64,000 bases of DNA. Origin: an uncultured Bacteroidota bacterium. GTDB lineage: Bacteria > Bacteroidota > Bacteroidia > Chitinophagales > Chitinophagaceae. The notes beneath the pieces were generated by a model. It worked only from the letters and a program-made list of their open reading frames with translations, was not told the DNA's origin and did not search any database. The translations under genes and the position numbers were made by a program. The stretch lies in contig CAVZBF010000002.1 in the NCBI GenBank assembly GCA_963773465.1, positions 555,853 to 619,852 on the forward strand. Direction: 5' to 3'. Positions 20,989 to 30,953 of this stretch are shown in pieces. The stretch's first letter is position 1; the number at the start of each line of letters is the position of its first letter.

Positions 20989-21987
20989 TTATTGAATAAT
21001 GATCTTTTCAGCATGTTTTTTACCTGTCTTTCTATTTGTAAGCTGTAAAATATAGCTGCCGGGCGTTACAATTGGGATGTTAAACGAAGCAGCATCCCGT
21101 TTCGATTTAAAACTGAGAATGCTTGTATAAACAATTTGTCCGCCCTGATTTACTAACTCAACATTGTATTCACCGTGTTCCTGTTTTCTTAATTCAATTT
21201 TTACCGGTGATCCCGAAACGACAGGGTTAGGATAAACTTTAAAAAAATTAAATGCTGTATCCTTAAATATTCGTTGAAGAAGCGGGGGCGCCGGTTTCTT
21301 TTTACGTACAATTAACCCAACATAGACCGTCTGACCGAGCACTATGTCGCCGAGGACAACTAAAAGTTGCTGCGGTCCCTTTGAGCTGACAACAATTTCT
21401 TTACTTTCAAATCCAACACAAGAAACATTCAAGGTAACTTGTTGCCAGTTCTCAAATAGGCGAATCTTGAATTCTCCTCTTTCATTTGCCATAACACCGC
21501 GAAAAGTTCCTTTTATCGTAATCGTTGCATAGGGTATCGGTTTGCCATCGCCACTAATTATTTTTCCGGTTAGCCCAGTGGTGTCAATTTTTACCGGCAT
21601 TGTTTCACTTGTCTTACATTTTACGGGTTCTTTGCTTGGCTCAAGCAAAATCGTATCTCCTTTTATCCGAATTACTTCGCCCTGGGCCTTTGCTTTTGTA
21701 GAAATAAGGAGAGCAGGTATTACTATTTGAAATAAATATTTTAACCACGGAAGTCTTTTGCGCGGCATTTCAAAATCCCTGTTTAATTGATCACCCAAAA
21801 ATCTTCCGCAAACAGAACCGGTTGATGGTTTCTTAAAAAAAGCTATCAGCTGTGCATCACTCATACCTGTAAAATCATGCACGGCTTTTTGACATGAATC
21901 GCAAAAACGGCCCTTGTCAACAGGAGTCATTTTATCCCAATTTTCATGACAAGGCGCTGGGATCTGCAGTTGGAATTTTTTACTCAT
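20989..21987 (-). CDS. Secreted protein with carboxypeptidase-regulatory-like domain and T9SS type-A (Por) C-terminal tail
   Basis: C-terminal YILQLTNRKTGKKHAEKIIIQ beta-sandwich tail. Internal CarboxypepD_reg-like YATITIKGT. N-terminal CxxC...CxxC. Confidence 0.65.
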   Translation of the reverse strand: MSKKFQLQIPAPCHENWDKMTPVDKGRFCDSCQKAVHDFTGMSDAQLIAFFKKPSTGSVCGRFLGDQLNRDFEMPRKRLPWLKYLFQIVIPALLISTKAKAQGEVIRIKGDTILLEPSKEPVKCKTSETMPVKIDTTGLTGKIISGDGKPIPYATITIKGTFRGVMANERGEFKIRLFENWQQVTLNVSCVGFESKEIVVSSKGPQQLLVVLGDIVLGQTVYVGLIVRKKKPAPPLLQRIFKDTAFNFFKVYPNPVVSGSPVKIELRKQEHGEYNVELVNQGGQIVYTSILSFKSKRDAASFNIPIVTPGSYILQLTNRKTGKKHAEKIIIQ

Positions 21988-21998
21988 GACATCAGTTT

Positions 21999-23027
21999 TT
22001 AATGAACAATAATTTTCCCTGATCGTATGAAACGATTTGTTCTATCAACTACCTGGAGGATGTAAACACCGGCAGCTAGTCTTGCATCTATAGGATGACA
22101 TATCCTGTTCATTCCTTCGTTAACGTTATATTCCCTTTCAGCAACCAGTTTATTTTCTAAGCTGAACACTCTTATAGTTACTTTGCTGTCGCTTTTATTT
22201 TTAAACTCTATATAAATATTTTGAGAACGCTGAACGGAATTGGGAAAAATTCTTAATCCTTCCGGAAAACCTGATGGTGCTATGATTTTACCCGCAGCAT
22301 TTGCCGGAGTTTCTTTAAGATTTGGGCATGCGGTTATTTTCTGGCTTGAATAAGTGACCCGCCGAAGTATACATACTGTTCCCGAAACTATAACTACTTC
22401 AGCTGCCGCCACATAATTTCTTTCAAGTGCCACTGTATAATTTTTGCCTGGCATTGCAGCATTCAGAGAAGAAGTATAAGTTTTATACCCCACATTGCTA
22501 ACTCTTAATTCATATTCCTTTCCTGGAACGATTTTATTTGTTTGAACTCTTCCGAATGAGTCCGTAATTAAATGCAGCGTATTCTTTGCTCGTCCGGTTG
22601 AAATAATTTCAACACTTGCTCCAGGAAGAACTGCTCCATCAGATATATCCTTTACAATGATTGTTCGTTGACTAGCAGTTTTTGTGGTTATGATAATAAC
22701 AGCTTTGGGCGGTTTGCAAGAAATGATTTTTGCAAAATCCTTTGTATTCAGCAGAGAAATGCTTTCTATATTTTCAGGATCGAGTTTTTTAACATCAGCT
22801 TCGTCTTCAAGTATTCCATCAACAACATAAAGCGGCTTATCGGAATGCCGGAAAACCGGCTTGTGGCATATTATGACAACAGTGTCATTTGCACCTGGAA
22901 AAACTATGGGTTTATTAAAAACTTTTTCTCCGGGTATTGACCTGGCATAAATGGTGGAATCCTGCGCAAAAACAAAATCACAAAAAACAAGAAAGATCAA
23001 GTGTAGAATTATTTGTTTCATAAGCAA
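21999..23027 (-). CDS. Secreted protein with carboxypeptidase-regulatory-like domain and T9SS type-A C-terminal tail
   Basis: Signal peptide; C-terminal GVYILQVVDRTNRFIRSGKIIVH; paralog of the upstream gene. Confidence 0.65.
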   Translation of the reverse strand: MLMKQIILHLIFLVFCDFVFAQDSTIYARSIPGEKVFNKPIVFPGANDTVVIICHKPVFRHSDKPLYVVDGILEDEADVKKLDPENIESISLLNTKDFAKIISCKPPKAVIIITTKTASQRTIIVKDISDGAVLPGASVEIISTGRAKNTLHLITDSFGRVQTNKIVPGKEYELRVSNVGYKTYTSSLNAAMPGKNYTVALERNYVAAAEVVIVSGTVCILRRVTYSSQKITACPNLKETPANAAGKIIAPSGFPEGLRIFPNSVQRSQNIYIEFKNKSDSKVTIRVFSLENKLVAEREYNVNEGMNRICHPIDARLAAGVYILQVVDRTNRFIRSGKIIVH

Positions 23028-23170
23028 AAAAGTTTGGGCAAGGAGTCCCGTGTATGCAGGACTCCGTTTAATTTAACTGGCTTTTCCACAATACCAACCT
23101 ATTTAAAAGATGCGACTATTTTCACAATTACATAAACAGGAACAACAATTTTTATTGTTAATTTTAACCA

Positions 23171-23790
23171 TTGGCTTTTTTAAAAAATATATCATCAACT
23201 AACCAAAGCGATACTGAGCTGGTAGCTATTTACCGGCAATCAGGAGATCTGAAAGTATTGGGAGAACTATACCAGCGATACATGGAACTGGTATATGGCG
23301 TGTGCCTGAAATATTTGAAAGAACCGGAACAGGCGCAGGATGCCGTGATGCAGATATTTGAAGAACTGGTATTAAAATTGAAAAAGCATGAAGTAGAGAA
23401 TTTCAGAGGCTGGCTGCACCAGGTAGCAAAAAACCATTGCCTGATGCAATTAAGGACGCCAAAGAATTTAAAAACAGTTGAACTTCCGGCATTACTTATG
23501 CAAAATGAGGAAGATGTGCATCTGAATGGCGTGATGGAAAGAAAGAGGAGAATTTTCAAAAATTGGAAAAATGTATCGCCTCCCTTTCCGACGAACAAAA
23601 AACGATGATAAAACTGTTTTACCTTGAAGGCAAGTGTTACAACGAAATAGTTGAAATTACAGGGCATGAATGGAACCATGTACGCAGTTTGATACAAAAT
23701 GGAAGACGAAATTTGAAACTATGCATGGAAAAACAGGAGCCAGAAGTGAGGAGCCAGAAATCAGGGAGTTTGACCGAATTTAAAATTTGA
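23171..23790 (+). pseudogene. ECF-type RNA polymerase sigma-70 factor, regions 2 and 4 in different frames (shift ~23565-23605)
   Basis: Region 2 is ELYQRYMELVYGVCLKYL...DAVMQIFEEL. Region 4 is LSDEQKTMIKLFYLEGKCYNEIVEITGHEWNHVRSLIQNGRRNL. Confidence 0.75.
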
Positions 23791-23803
23791 AATTGGAATA
23801 TAA

Positions 23804-25210
23804 GTGTCAGAAGAGAAAAACATAAAAAATTTTACAGCTGCCGATATTGAAAAATATTGGACTGGTAAACTTAGCGCATCAGAAATGCATGCAATGGAAA
23901 AAGCAGCAATGGATGATCCATTTCTTGCAGATGCAATGGAAGGTTATAAAAACAAAGTGAATGTTGATGCTGATGTAAATACGTTGCGTGAAAGACTCGA
24001 TAAAAGACTAATTGCCCTTGCCCCGGTTGTCTCAATAAAACAAAAGAAATTTCCATGGCTGAAAGTTGCGGCTGCTATTATTATCGTTGGTGGAATGGGT
24101 TTGCTTGTTCAGCAAGTAGTATTTAAGAATAGAAGCGAAAGTCCAATTGCCAATACGAAAAACGATCAACTTCAAAAAGCTGAGCCGGATACAAATAATA
24201 ATGCGGCAGTACCGCCAATATCGGGAGATATCCAGGGAAGTTTGGGAGCTAATCCGCCAGATTCGTCTGCACTTAAAGCGCAGCAAAAGGCTCCGGAAAA
24301 TTTGAATGCAATAACTCTTACTGATAAAAAGAATGAAGATACACTAAACGTTACGGCAAGTGTGACAGCTAAGGAATTTAAAATAACAGATGAACAGAAA
24401 AAAGATTCGGTAGGCAATGCAGTTGCAACTGCTGACGCCGAAAGAGTAACTGAAAAATTTGCAAAAATATCTGCCGAAAAACCAGGCGTTGACGAAATCT
24501 CTAAATTCAGAAAGGATTCATTTTTGCACGAGGACGTTTATAAAGACAAAAATGCGGTTGCGACCAATGCAAAAAGATATGCCCCAGCTGGTGCGGTAAG
24601 CCAGGGTTTCGGAATAACAACATTTACTAATAGATACAACTACCGTGTAGTAGATGCGCAAAATAACCCTGTGCCTTTTGCAAATGTGATGAATACCCGG
24701 GATAACGTTGGCACGTATACTGACATCAAGGGTAATTTCAATCTTGTTTCAAGTGATAGTATTTTAAATGTTCAAATCAGGTCACTTGGATATCTTTCAA
24801 GTAACTATAAAATTGTTCCTTCCAGTCAATTCAAAAGCCTGACATTAAAAGAAGATTTTTATGCAAGAAGGGAAATACTGGATTCAAGCAGGCAAGTGGT
24901 AAGCAATGCTGCAAGAAAAGATACTGCGGAGCTTGTAGAACCTGAAGTTGGATGGCCAAATTATAATACATATATAGCTAATAATATTCAAATACCTGAT
25001 AATATCAGGAAGAAAAGCACACTCACCAACGTTGAACTTAGTTTTGATGTAGATAAATCCGGCAACCCTGTAAATATTAAAGTAACAAAATCATCACGAT
25101 GTAAAGAATGTGATGATGAAGCGATCCGCTTGCTTAAAGAAGGGCCAAAGTGGAAAAAGAAGGGAAGAAGGTCCAAAACCACAATCTCGATAGCCGTAGA
25201 TCAAAAGTGA
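23804..25210 (+). CDS. Anti-sigma factor-like protein with CarboxypepD_reg and TonB-C-like C-terminal domain
   Basis: Lies immediately downstream of the ECF sigma gene. N-terminal anti-sigma-like region, one TM segment (VAAAIIIVGGMGLLV), YRVVDAQNNPVPFANV carboxypeptidase-regulatory motif, and C-terminal VGWPNYNTYIANNIQIP...VELSFDVDKSGNPVNIKV TonB_C-like domain. Confidence 0.6.
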   Translation: MSEEKNIKNFTAADIEKYWTGKLSASEMHAMEKAAMDDPFLADAMEGYKNKVNVDADVNTLRERLDKRLIALAPVVSIKQKKFPWLKVAAAIIIVGGMGLLVQQVVFKNRSESPIANTKNDQLQKAEPDTNNNAAVPPISGDIQGSLGANPPDSSALKAQQKAPENLNAITLTDKKNEDTLNVTASVTAKEFKITDEQKKDSVGNAVATADAERVTEKFAKISAEKPGVDEISKFRKDSFLHEDVYKDKNAVATNAKRYAPAGAVSQGFGITTFTNRYNYRVVDAQNNPVPFANVMNTRDNVGTYTDIKGNFNLVSSDSILNVQIRSLGYLSSNYKIVPSSQFKSLTLKEDFYARREILDSSRQVVSNAARKDTAELVEPEVGWPNYNTYIANNIQIPDNIRKKSTLTNVELSFDVDKSGNPVNIKVTKSSRCKECDDEAIRLLKEGPKWKKKGRRSKTTISIAVDQK

Positions 25211-25329
25211 GATGATAATCGATCGCTGACAGATGATGGTTGATTTTCCGCATATAACAACTATCATCTAAAAAGTTATCATCTATCATCTATTCCCCTA
25301 CCTTTGTCTTCCTAAAATTAATTGTCATC
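25211..25329. repeat. Intergenic iterated gatgat / atcatct units (inverted arrangement)
   Basis: gatgataatcgat ... ctatcatctaaaaagttatcatctatcatctattcc. Confidence 0.6.
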
Positions 25330-26164
25330 ATGAAAAAATTCTTTTTATTAGCTGCTGCTTCCTATATATTTTTTTCAAGTGAAGCCCAGCAATTGAACAC
25401 ACCGCAGCCTAGTCCCACAGCAACCGTTAAGCAAAACTTTGCTTTATCCAGCATTGAAATTTCATATTCCCGTCCGGGAGTAAAAGGCCGTAAAATATTC
25501 GGCGATCTTGTTCCTTACGGAAAAGTATGGAGAACCGGTGCTAATAATGCAACTACGATCACTTTTGGTGAAGAAGTAATGATCGGTGGTAAAAAAGTTC
25601 CTGCTGGTAAATATGGCTTGCTTACGATCCCTGAAGAAAATGAGTGGACAGTGATCATTTCAAAACAAACTAATGTAACAAGTCCCGCTGATTATAAACA
25701 AGACCAGGATGTTGTAAGAGTGAGTACAAAACCGGAGAAAGTGCCTTTTTCTATTGAAACATTCATGATAAATATTGATAACATAAAAAGTAATAGCTGT
25801 GAGATCGCTTTTGGATGGGACAATGTTTATACAAGCTTTCCTGTAACTGCCGATGTTGAAAGTAAAGTAATGGAGCAGATCAAAAATTCAGTGGAAAATG
25901 ATAACAGGCCTTATTTTAATGCTGCACTGTATTACATTGATAATGGAAAAGACCTGAACAAAGCAATAGAATGGCTGGATAAGGCGTATGCTGCAAAATC
26001 CCGAGGCATTCTGGGTGCTGTATCAAAAAGCCCGTGCTCAGAAAATGCTTGGCAAAAAAAATGATGCATTAGCTACATCAAACAAATCAATTGAAATTGC
26101 TAAAAAAGCAAAAAATGATGATTACGTAGCTTTGAATGAGAAGCTGCAGAAAGAAATGAAATAA
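25330..26164 (+). pseudogene. DUF2911 family secreted protein with C-terminal TPR-like tail; 1-nt frame change at ~26003 (gcaaaatccc)
   Basis: PGVKGRKIFGDLVPYGKVWRTGANNATTITF is a DUF2911 signature. After ...DKAYAA the continuation NPEAFWVLYQKARAQKMLGKKNDALATSNKSIEIAKKAKNDDYVALNEKLQKEMK* reads in the +1 frame, up to the stop at 26162-26164. Confidence 0.7.
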
Positions 26165-26188
26165 AATTTATTGAGGAATATTTTTACA

Positions 26189-26220
26189 ATCCCTGCTTAT
26201 GGCAGGGATTTTCTTTTTTG
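26189..26220 (+). terminator. Intrinsic terminator
   Basis: atccctgc-ttatg-gcagggat followed by tttcttttttg. The stop codon of the minus-strand symporter gene lies in the loop. Confidence 0.7.
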
Positions 26221-27926
26221 CATTATTGGATTCAGAATAATTGCAAATATAATAACACCAAATGCACCGATAGGATTTAACCAGAGAAAGCCTAAGCCTA
26301 TCAATTTTAATTTTGCAGGGATATAAATTGAGAAGATCAATAATTGAGTTAACAGCGTTGCATAGAATACAGCATTACCATTCGTTATCTTTTTGAAAAA
26401 TAAAGCGACAAGAAAAACTCCAAGAATAGGTCCGTAAAAAATTGACCCCAGTTCATTTACTGTTTCAATAAGACTGTTCCCGATATTATAAGAATACATT
26501 GCGACGATCACACAAAAAATTCCCCAGAGAAGTGTATACCGTTTCGACATCCGGTATTCAGCTTCATTGGAAATTTCTTTTTTGGAAAACCGCCGGTGAA
26601 AATCAACCATCGTACTCGATGCAAGTGAATTAATGGCTGCCGCAATACTGCCCCATGAGGCAAGAAAAATTATTGCGATCAGCAAACCTACCATTCCCAC
26701 CGGTAAATTATCAACTACAAAACGGAGAAAGATATAATTCGTGTCACTGGTATCACCTTCTACTTTTGCAGCCACCATCCATGTCCTTACTTTTTTCCGA
26801 ATACTATCTGATTGTTGTTGAAGATTGTTCAGCTCAATACCCTTTTGATCTTTTTCTACTCCGCTATTTGCATCGGCAAATAAAGCGACGGTAGTTTTTC
26901 TTTTGTTCAGCCAGGTCGTTATATGTTTTTTGTGCAATAGACAGCGAGTCTTTATATGATGTATTCTCCAGTTTGTTTAATTGCGCCTGGTTAAAAAACA
27001 AAGGAGCATTATTGAATTGATAAAAAGTAAAAACCAATGCCCCGATCAATAATATTGCAAATTGCATTGGCACTTTTACAAGTCCATTCATCAGCAAACC
27101 CATCCGGCTTTCGGTGAGTGATTTAGCAGTAAGATAACGGCCTACCTGGCTTTGGTCTGTTCCGAAATAAGATAAAGCAAGAAAGAAGCCGCCGATGATG
27201 CCGCTCCATATATTGTATTTATCTCCCCAATCAAAACCATTTCCTTTTTCAAAACCGGTGGTAATAACATTCAGTCTTCCCAGTTTACCGCTTACTTGTA
27301 AAGAATCGATAAAGCCAACTCCTGCCGGCAACATATGAACAACCATGTAGGCAGCCAGGAACATTCCTGTAAAAATGATAATGAGCTGCAATTGCTGTGT
27401 GTAGGCAACTGCTTTTGCACCGCCGCTAATTGTATAAATTATCAGCAATCCACCCATGAAAAGATTTGTCCAATAAATATTCCAGCCTAATAAAGAGGAA
27501 AGAATGATCGACGGAGCAAATACACTGATGCCGGTTGAAACTCCTCTTTGCAATAAAAATAAAAATGATGTAAGTGTTCTTGTTTTTCCATCAAACCTGT
27601 TTTCGAGAAATTCATACGCAGTATACACTTTTAATTTGCTGAAAATGGGAACAAAGAAGATGACAGATGACGATCATCGCTAATGGAAGACCAAAATAAT
27701 ATTGAACGAACCGCATACCGTCAGTATAGGCCTGGCCGGGAGCAGATAGAAAAGTAATAGCACTTGCCTGCGTGCCCATGATGCTTAACAATATCAAGCC
27801 CCATGGCAGGCTTCTGTTAGCAAGTATATAACCATCCAGATTGTGGGTAGTGCGGCTTCTGTATAAACCATATGCAATTATCCCGGTTAATGTAATGGCA
27901 AGTATTATCCAATCGAGTTGGCTCAT
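26197..27926 (-). pseudogene. Sodium:solute symporter (SSF family) split into three ORFs (26197..26937, 26864..27628, 27612..27926)
   Basis: N-terminal piece has the SSF start (LDWIILAITLTGIIAYGLYRSR...). The middle and C-terminal pieces carry GGLLIIYT..GG and the C-terminal extra helix. The overlaps imply two 1-nt frame changes. Confidence 0.75.
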
Positions 27927-28045
27927 GAAAAGGCTTTGGTGAAAAGGCTAAACAGAATTATAAGCAGCACAAGGAAAACAAGAACGAACACATACCAATG
28001 GTTCCATGATTTGAATAAAGGTATTTTATCGTTGTTGTCCTGCAT
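27923..28045 (-). CDS. 40-aa small membrane protein (MQDNNDKIPLFKSWNHWYVFVLVFLVLLIILFSLFTKAFS) translationally coupled to the symporter (ATGA overlap)
   Basis: Hand translation of the minus strand. The TGA stop overlaps the symporter ATG (27923-27926). DUF4212-like putative SSF small subunits occupy this position. Confidence 0.55.
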   Translation of the reverse strand: MQDNNDKIPLFKSWNHWYVFVLVFLVLLIILFSLFTKAFS

Positions 28046-28057
28046 ATAGAATATTTA

Positions 28058-28139
28058 AATGTTCAATGCTCAACGCTCAATTAGAGCAGCTCAAAAAAGT
28101 TGAGTATTGAACATTGAGCATTGAACATTAACATTTTTT
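28058..28139. repeat. Inverted repeat built from tcaatgc / gcattga units, followed by a T6 run
   Basis: aaatgttcaatgctcaacgctcaatt ... ttgagtattgaacattgagcattgaacatt-aacatttttt. Confidence 0.75.
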
Positions 28140-28143
28140 GAAG

Positions 28144-28296
28144 TTATCGTTTCCTTAGCAATCCCGAAAGCAAAAGACCGAGCGCCAATCCGATCAATAA
28201 ACCTACTGTCACTCTTTTGATCAAAAAACCAAGAAGCAACCCAATCACAACAGTTACTACTACAGCAATTGTTCTTCTTGTATCCGAACTATTCAT
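28144..28296 (-). CDS. 50-aa small membrane protein (MNSSDTRRTIAVVVTVVIGLLLGFLIKRVTVGLLIGLALGLLLSGLLRKR) coupled to the PIG-L deacetylase gene
   Basis: Hand translation. Its ATG shares the A of the upstream TAA stop (TAATG at 28294-28298). Glycine-zipper-like TM hairpin. Confidence 0.45.
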   Translation of the reverse strand: MNSSDTRRTIAVVVTVVIGLLLGFLIKRVTVGLLIGLALGLLLSGLLRKR

Positions 28297-30831
28297 TAAA
28301 ATGCTTTTTTCCTGTTTAATGCAATGAGATTTGCCAGCAAACGATATGCGCCCGGAACACCTGCAGGCAACTCTCTGAAAAATACAAGACCAGTATAGGT
28401 AAAATATCCGCTACCATATTTTGCAATCAATAAACTTCCATCATCAGGTTTTTCACCGGGATCATTCATGGCAAGAATTTTTTCAAACTTACCTGTTGTA
28501 TCGATACGCATCATAAATACTTCTTTCCTGTATCCAACCCTTAAAATCATCTTGTGTTATTTTATTTGGGAAATTTAATGCAGGATGCTCCGGTTTTAAA
28601 AAAGTAACAGGCGCATTTTCATCAGTAACACGATTTCTTGATATCGTAAAATCATAAGGACCGATCTTTGATCTTACATTACTAATGAAATTACTTGTGT
28701 TATATTGAACGATAAGATTTCCTCCTTGCTCTACATATTTCATTAGCTTATCATAATAATTACCGATCCAGTCAAGCGTATTATAAGCTCTTACGCCAAC
28801 GATGATTGCATCGAATTTATCTAATGGATTTTTAGCGATTTCTTTTAGATTCAGCCGGTTTACTTCAAAACCCATTTGTTCCAATGCTTCGGGCACTTTA
28901 TCACCGGCACCAACTATATAACCTATTTTTTTTCCATAGGTTTCTACATTTACAACTTTCAAAGCAACATCGGCATCGTGAAAATAATTGATCGCAGGAA
29001 TATGATCATATTTCACTTCATGCCTGTCGCTTTTAATTAAATTGTTACCGGAGGTATCAGTAACTGCGAATAATACATTTGCAGACGACTTGATGTCTTT
29101 ACCACTATAATCAAATCCCAATGTCTGGTTCTTTGAATTGACGCGTATCCGCTGGCTACTGAAAGAGACATTCGTAAACGGCCTCATATCACTTTCATTA
29201 AGCGCAACAATTTTTCCGGTGAAATCTTTTTTTAAACCTTTTAATGAAACAGTACCGCTGGTTTTATCATTCCCGTTTCCGTTCATGATAATTTTTAGAC
29301 CATCAGATGGGGTAATTAAAACAGGAGGAACGACAACCAAAGGCCAATACAATTCTCCTCTTACAGGATCGGTGAACTTAAATCTGACATGTTTTTGAAA
29401 ACTGAAGGCTTTCCTTCGATATTCAACAACAAAAATTACTTTATACGCCGGGTGTACATCAGGTTCACCAATCATTTCTGGATTCGCTACATTAAAATAG
29501 CCTTCGGTCCATTTTCTTTTCAAGCCAATACGGCTGTGTCAATGGTTTTGAAGATGGAACATAAATAGTTTTACTAAAATTTAGGTTCCTGTTTTTTATC
29601 AGCGGCTGCTTTAAGGCAGAATCAAATTGATCAACATAAATACCTTTTAAGACTGCATTAACTCCAAGCCGGTTATTGAATTGAAAATTAAATCGTATTG
29701 AATCGGTTTGTACTGCAAATTGCTCTGATGTAAAAACATCAAGCCATAAACCGCTGCACTGAGCAACCAATTCACGGTCTCTTTTGATTTTTGTTCCTTC
29801 CAATTAATAGCGTTTCGATTATTTTTAGCACTAATATTATCTTCTGCAATACTCCCCTGAATGTAATGATAGAGTTCTACCAAAGCTTTCACTGAATTCT
29901 CGGGATGCAGAAAATCAAATGAAGCAGAAATATCATTCACCATTTTTTCAATTGCTTCTCCGCCGTTTACTTTTTTCCAGCTAAGATCAATTCCTTCCAA
30001 TAGATCATTTTTTGGTTGATCACCTTTTGTGGCGGTAAAAAATTCGATTGCTTCGCCCCTTCCTGCAGGTACGCCAAAGCCCTGGCTTTTATGCTGGCTA
30101 CGGCTTTCCGCAGCAATTTCACCATAACTTTTTCCAAGCAATGGATTATAACCGCCAACATCTAATTTAAACTGATCATCTCGTTGCGTATTCGTATTGC
30201 CGAAATTAAAAGTGTTCCATAAAACTCTTTTTACCTGCCAGGGTTGTACATATTTCAATTGCTCAGGAAAACGAGTGGGATCGGCGGCAGCGCTGAATGC
30301 TTCATTTGCTAAAATTGCTGAAGCAGTATGATGCCCATGTCCGCCTTCGCCTGTAGTTGGGAATCTTGTAATAATTATATCCGGTTGAAATTTTCTTATC
30401 ACCCAAACCACATCACTGAGAATTTTTTCTTTATCCCATTTTGTAAATGTTTCCTCGGGATTTTTTGAAAATCCAAAATCAAATGCTCGGGTAAAAAATT
30501 GTTCGCCGCCATCGATTCTTCTTGCAGATAATAATTCCTGCGTTCTTATTAATCCAAGATCAATGCCCTGTTCATCGCCGATCAGGTTTTGCCCGCCATC
30601 ACCTCTTGTCATTGACAAATAACCCGTGCGGTATAATTTATCTTTTGAAAAATAAGCGATCAATCTTGTGTTCTCATCATCAGGGTGAGCAGCGACATAT
30701 AAAACCGAGCCAAGCACATTAAGCTTCTTAATAGCAAGGTAAATATCAGCAGATGTCCATGATTGAGGAGACTGAGCGAAAAGGCGTAAAGTTAAAATGG
30801 CAGCAAAAGCAAAACAGTAAATTTTCTTCAT
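28296..30831 (-). pseudogene. PIG-L/LmbE-family deacetylase with C-terminal GATase1/ThuA-like domain, split into four ORFs
   Basis: N-terminal AHPDDEN...RGDGGQN...HxxH LmbE motifs (29647..30831). Fragments 29492..29803, 28489..29523 and 28296..28550 continue the ~845-aa Bacteroidota architecture. Confidence 0.7.
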
Positions 30832-30897
30832 CCGGCAGATTTAGTCAGCGAATATAAGTTTTGTTTACAATGTGGCTTAGCCGGTAGTATAAAAAGT

Positions 30898-30922
30898 CCC
30901 GTCTCGCCTTAGGCGAGACGGG
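30898..30922 (-). terminator. Intrinsic terminator for the flotillin gene
   Basis: cccgtctcgcc-tta-ggcgagacggg perfect 11-bp stem; on the minus strand it is followed by acttttt. Confidence 0.75.
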
Positions 30923-30953
30923 TATTAGATTTTTCTTAACTCAACTTATTCGC

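Noticed and set aside
26064-26164. Separate small ORF after the DUF2911 gene
   Set aside because: It is the genuine C-terminus of DUF2911 read in the +1 frame after a 1-nt indel at ~26003. It is merged into that feature.
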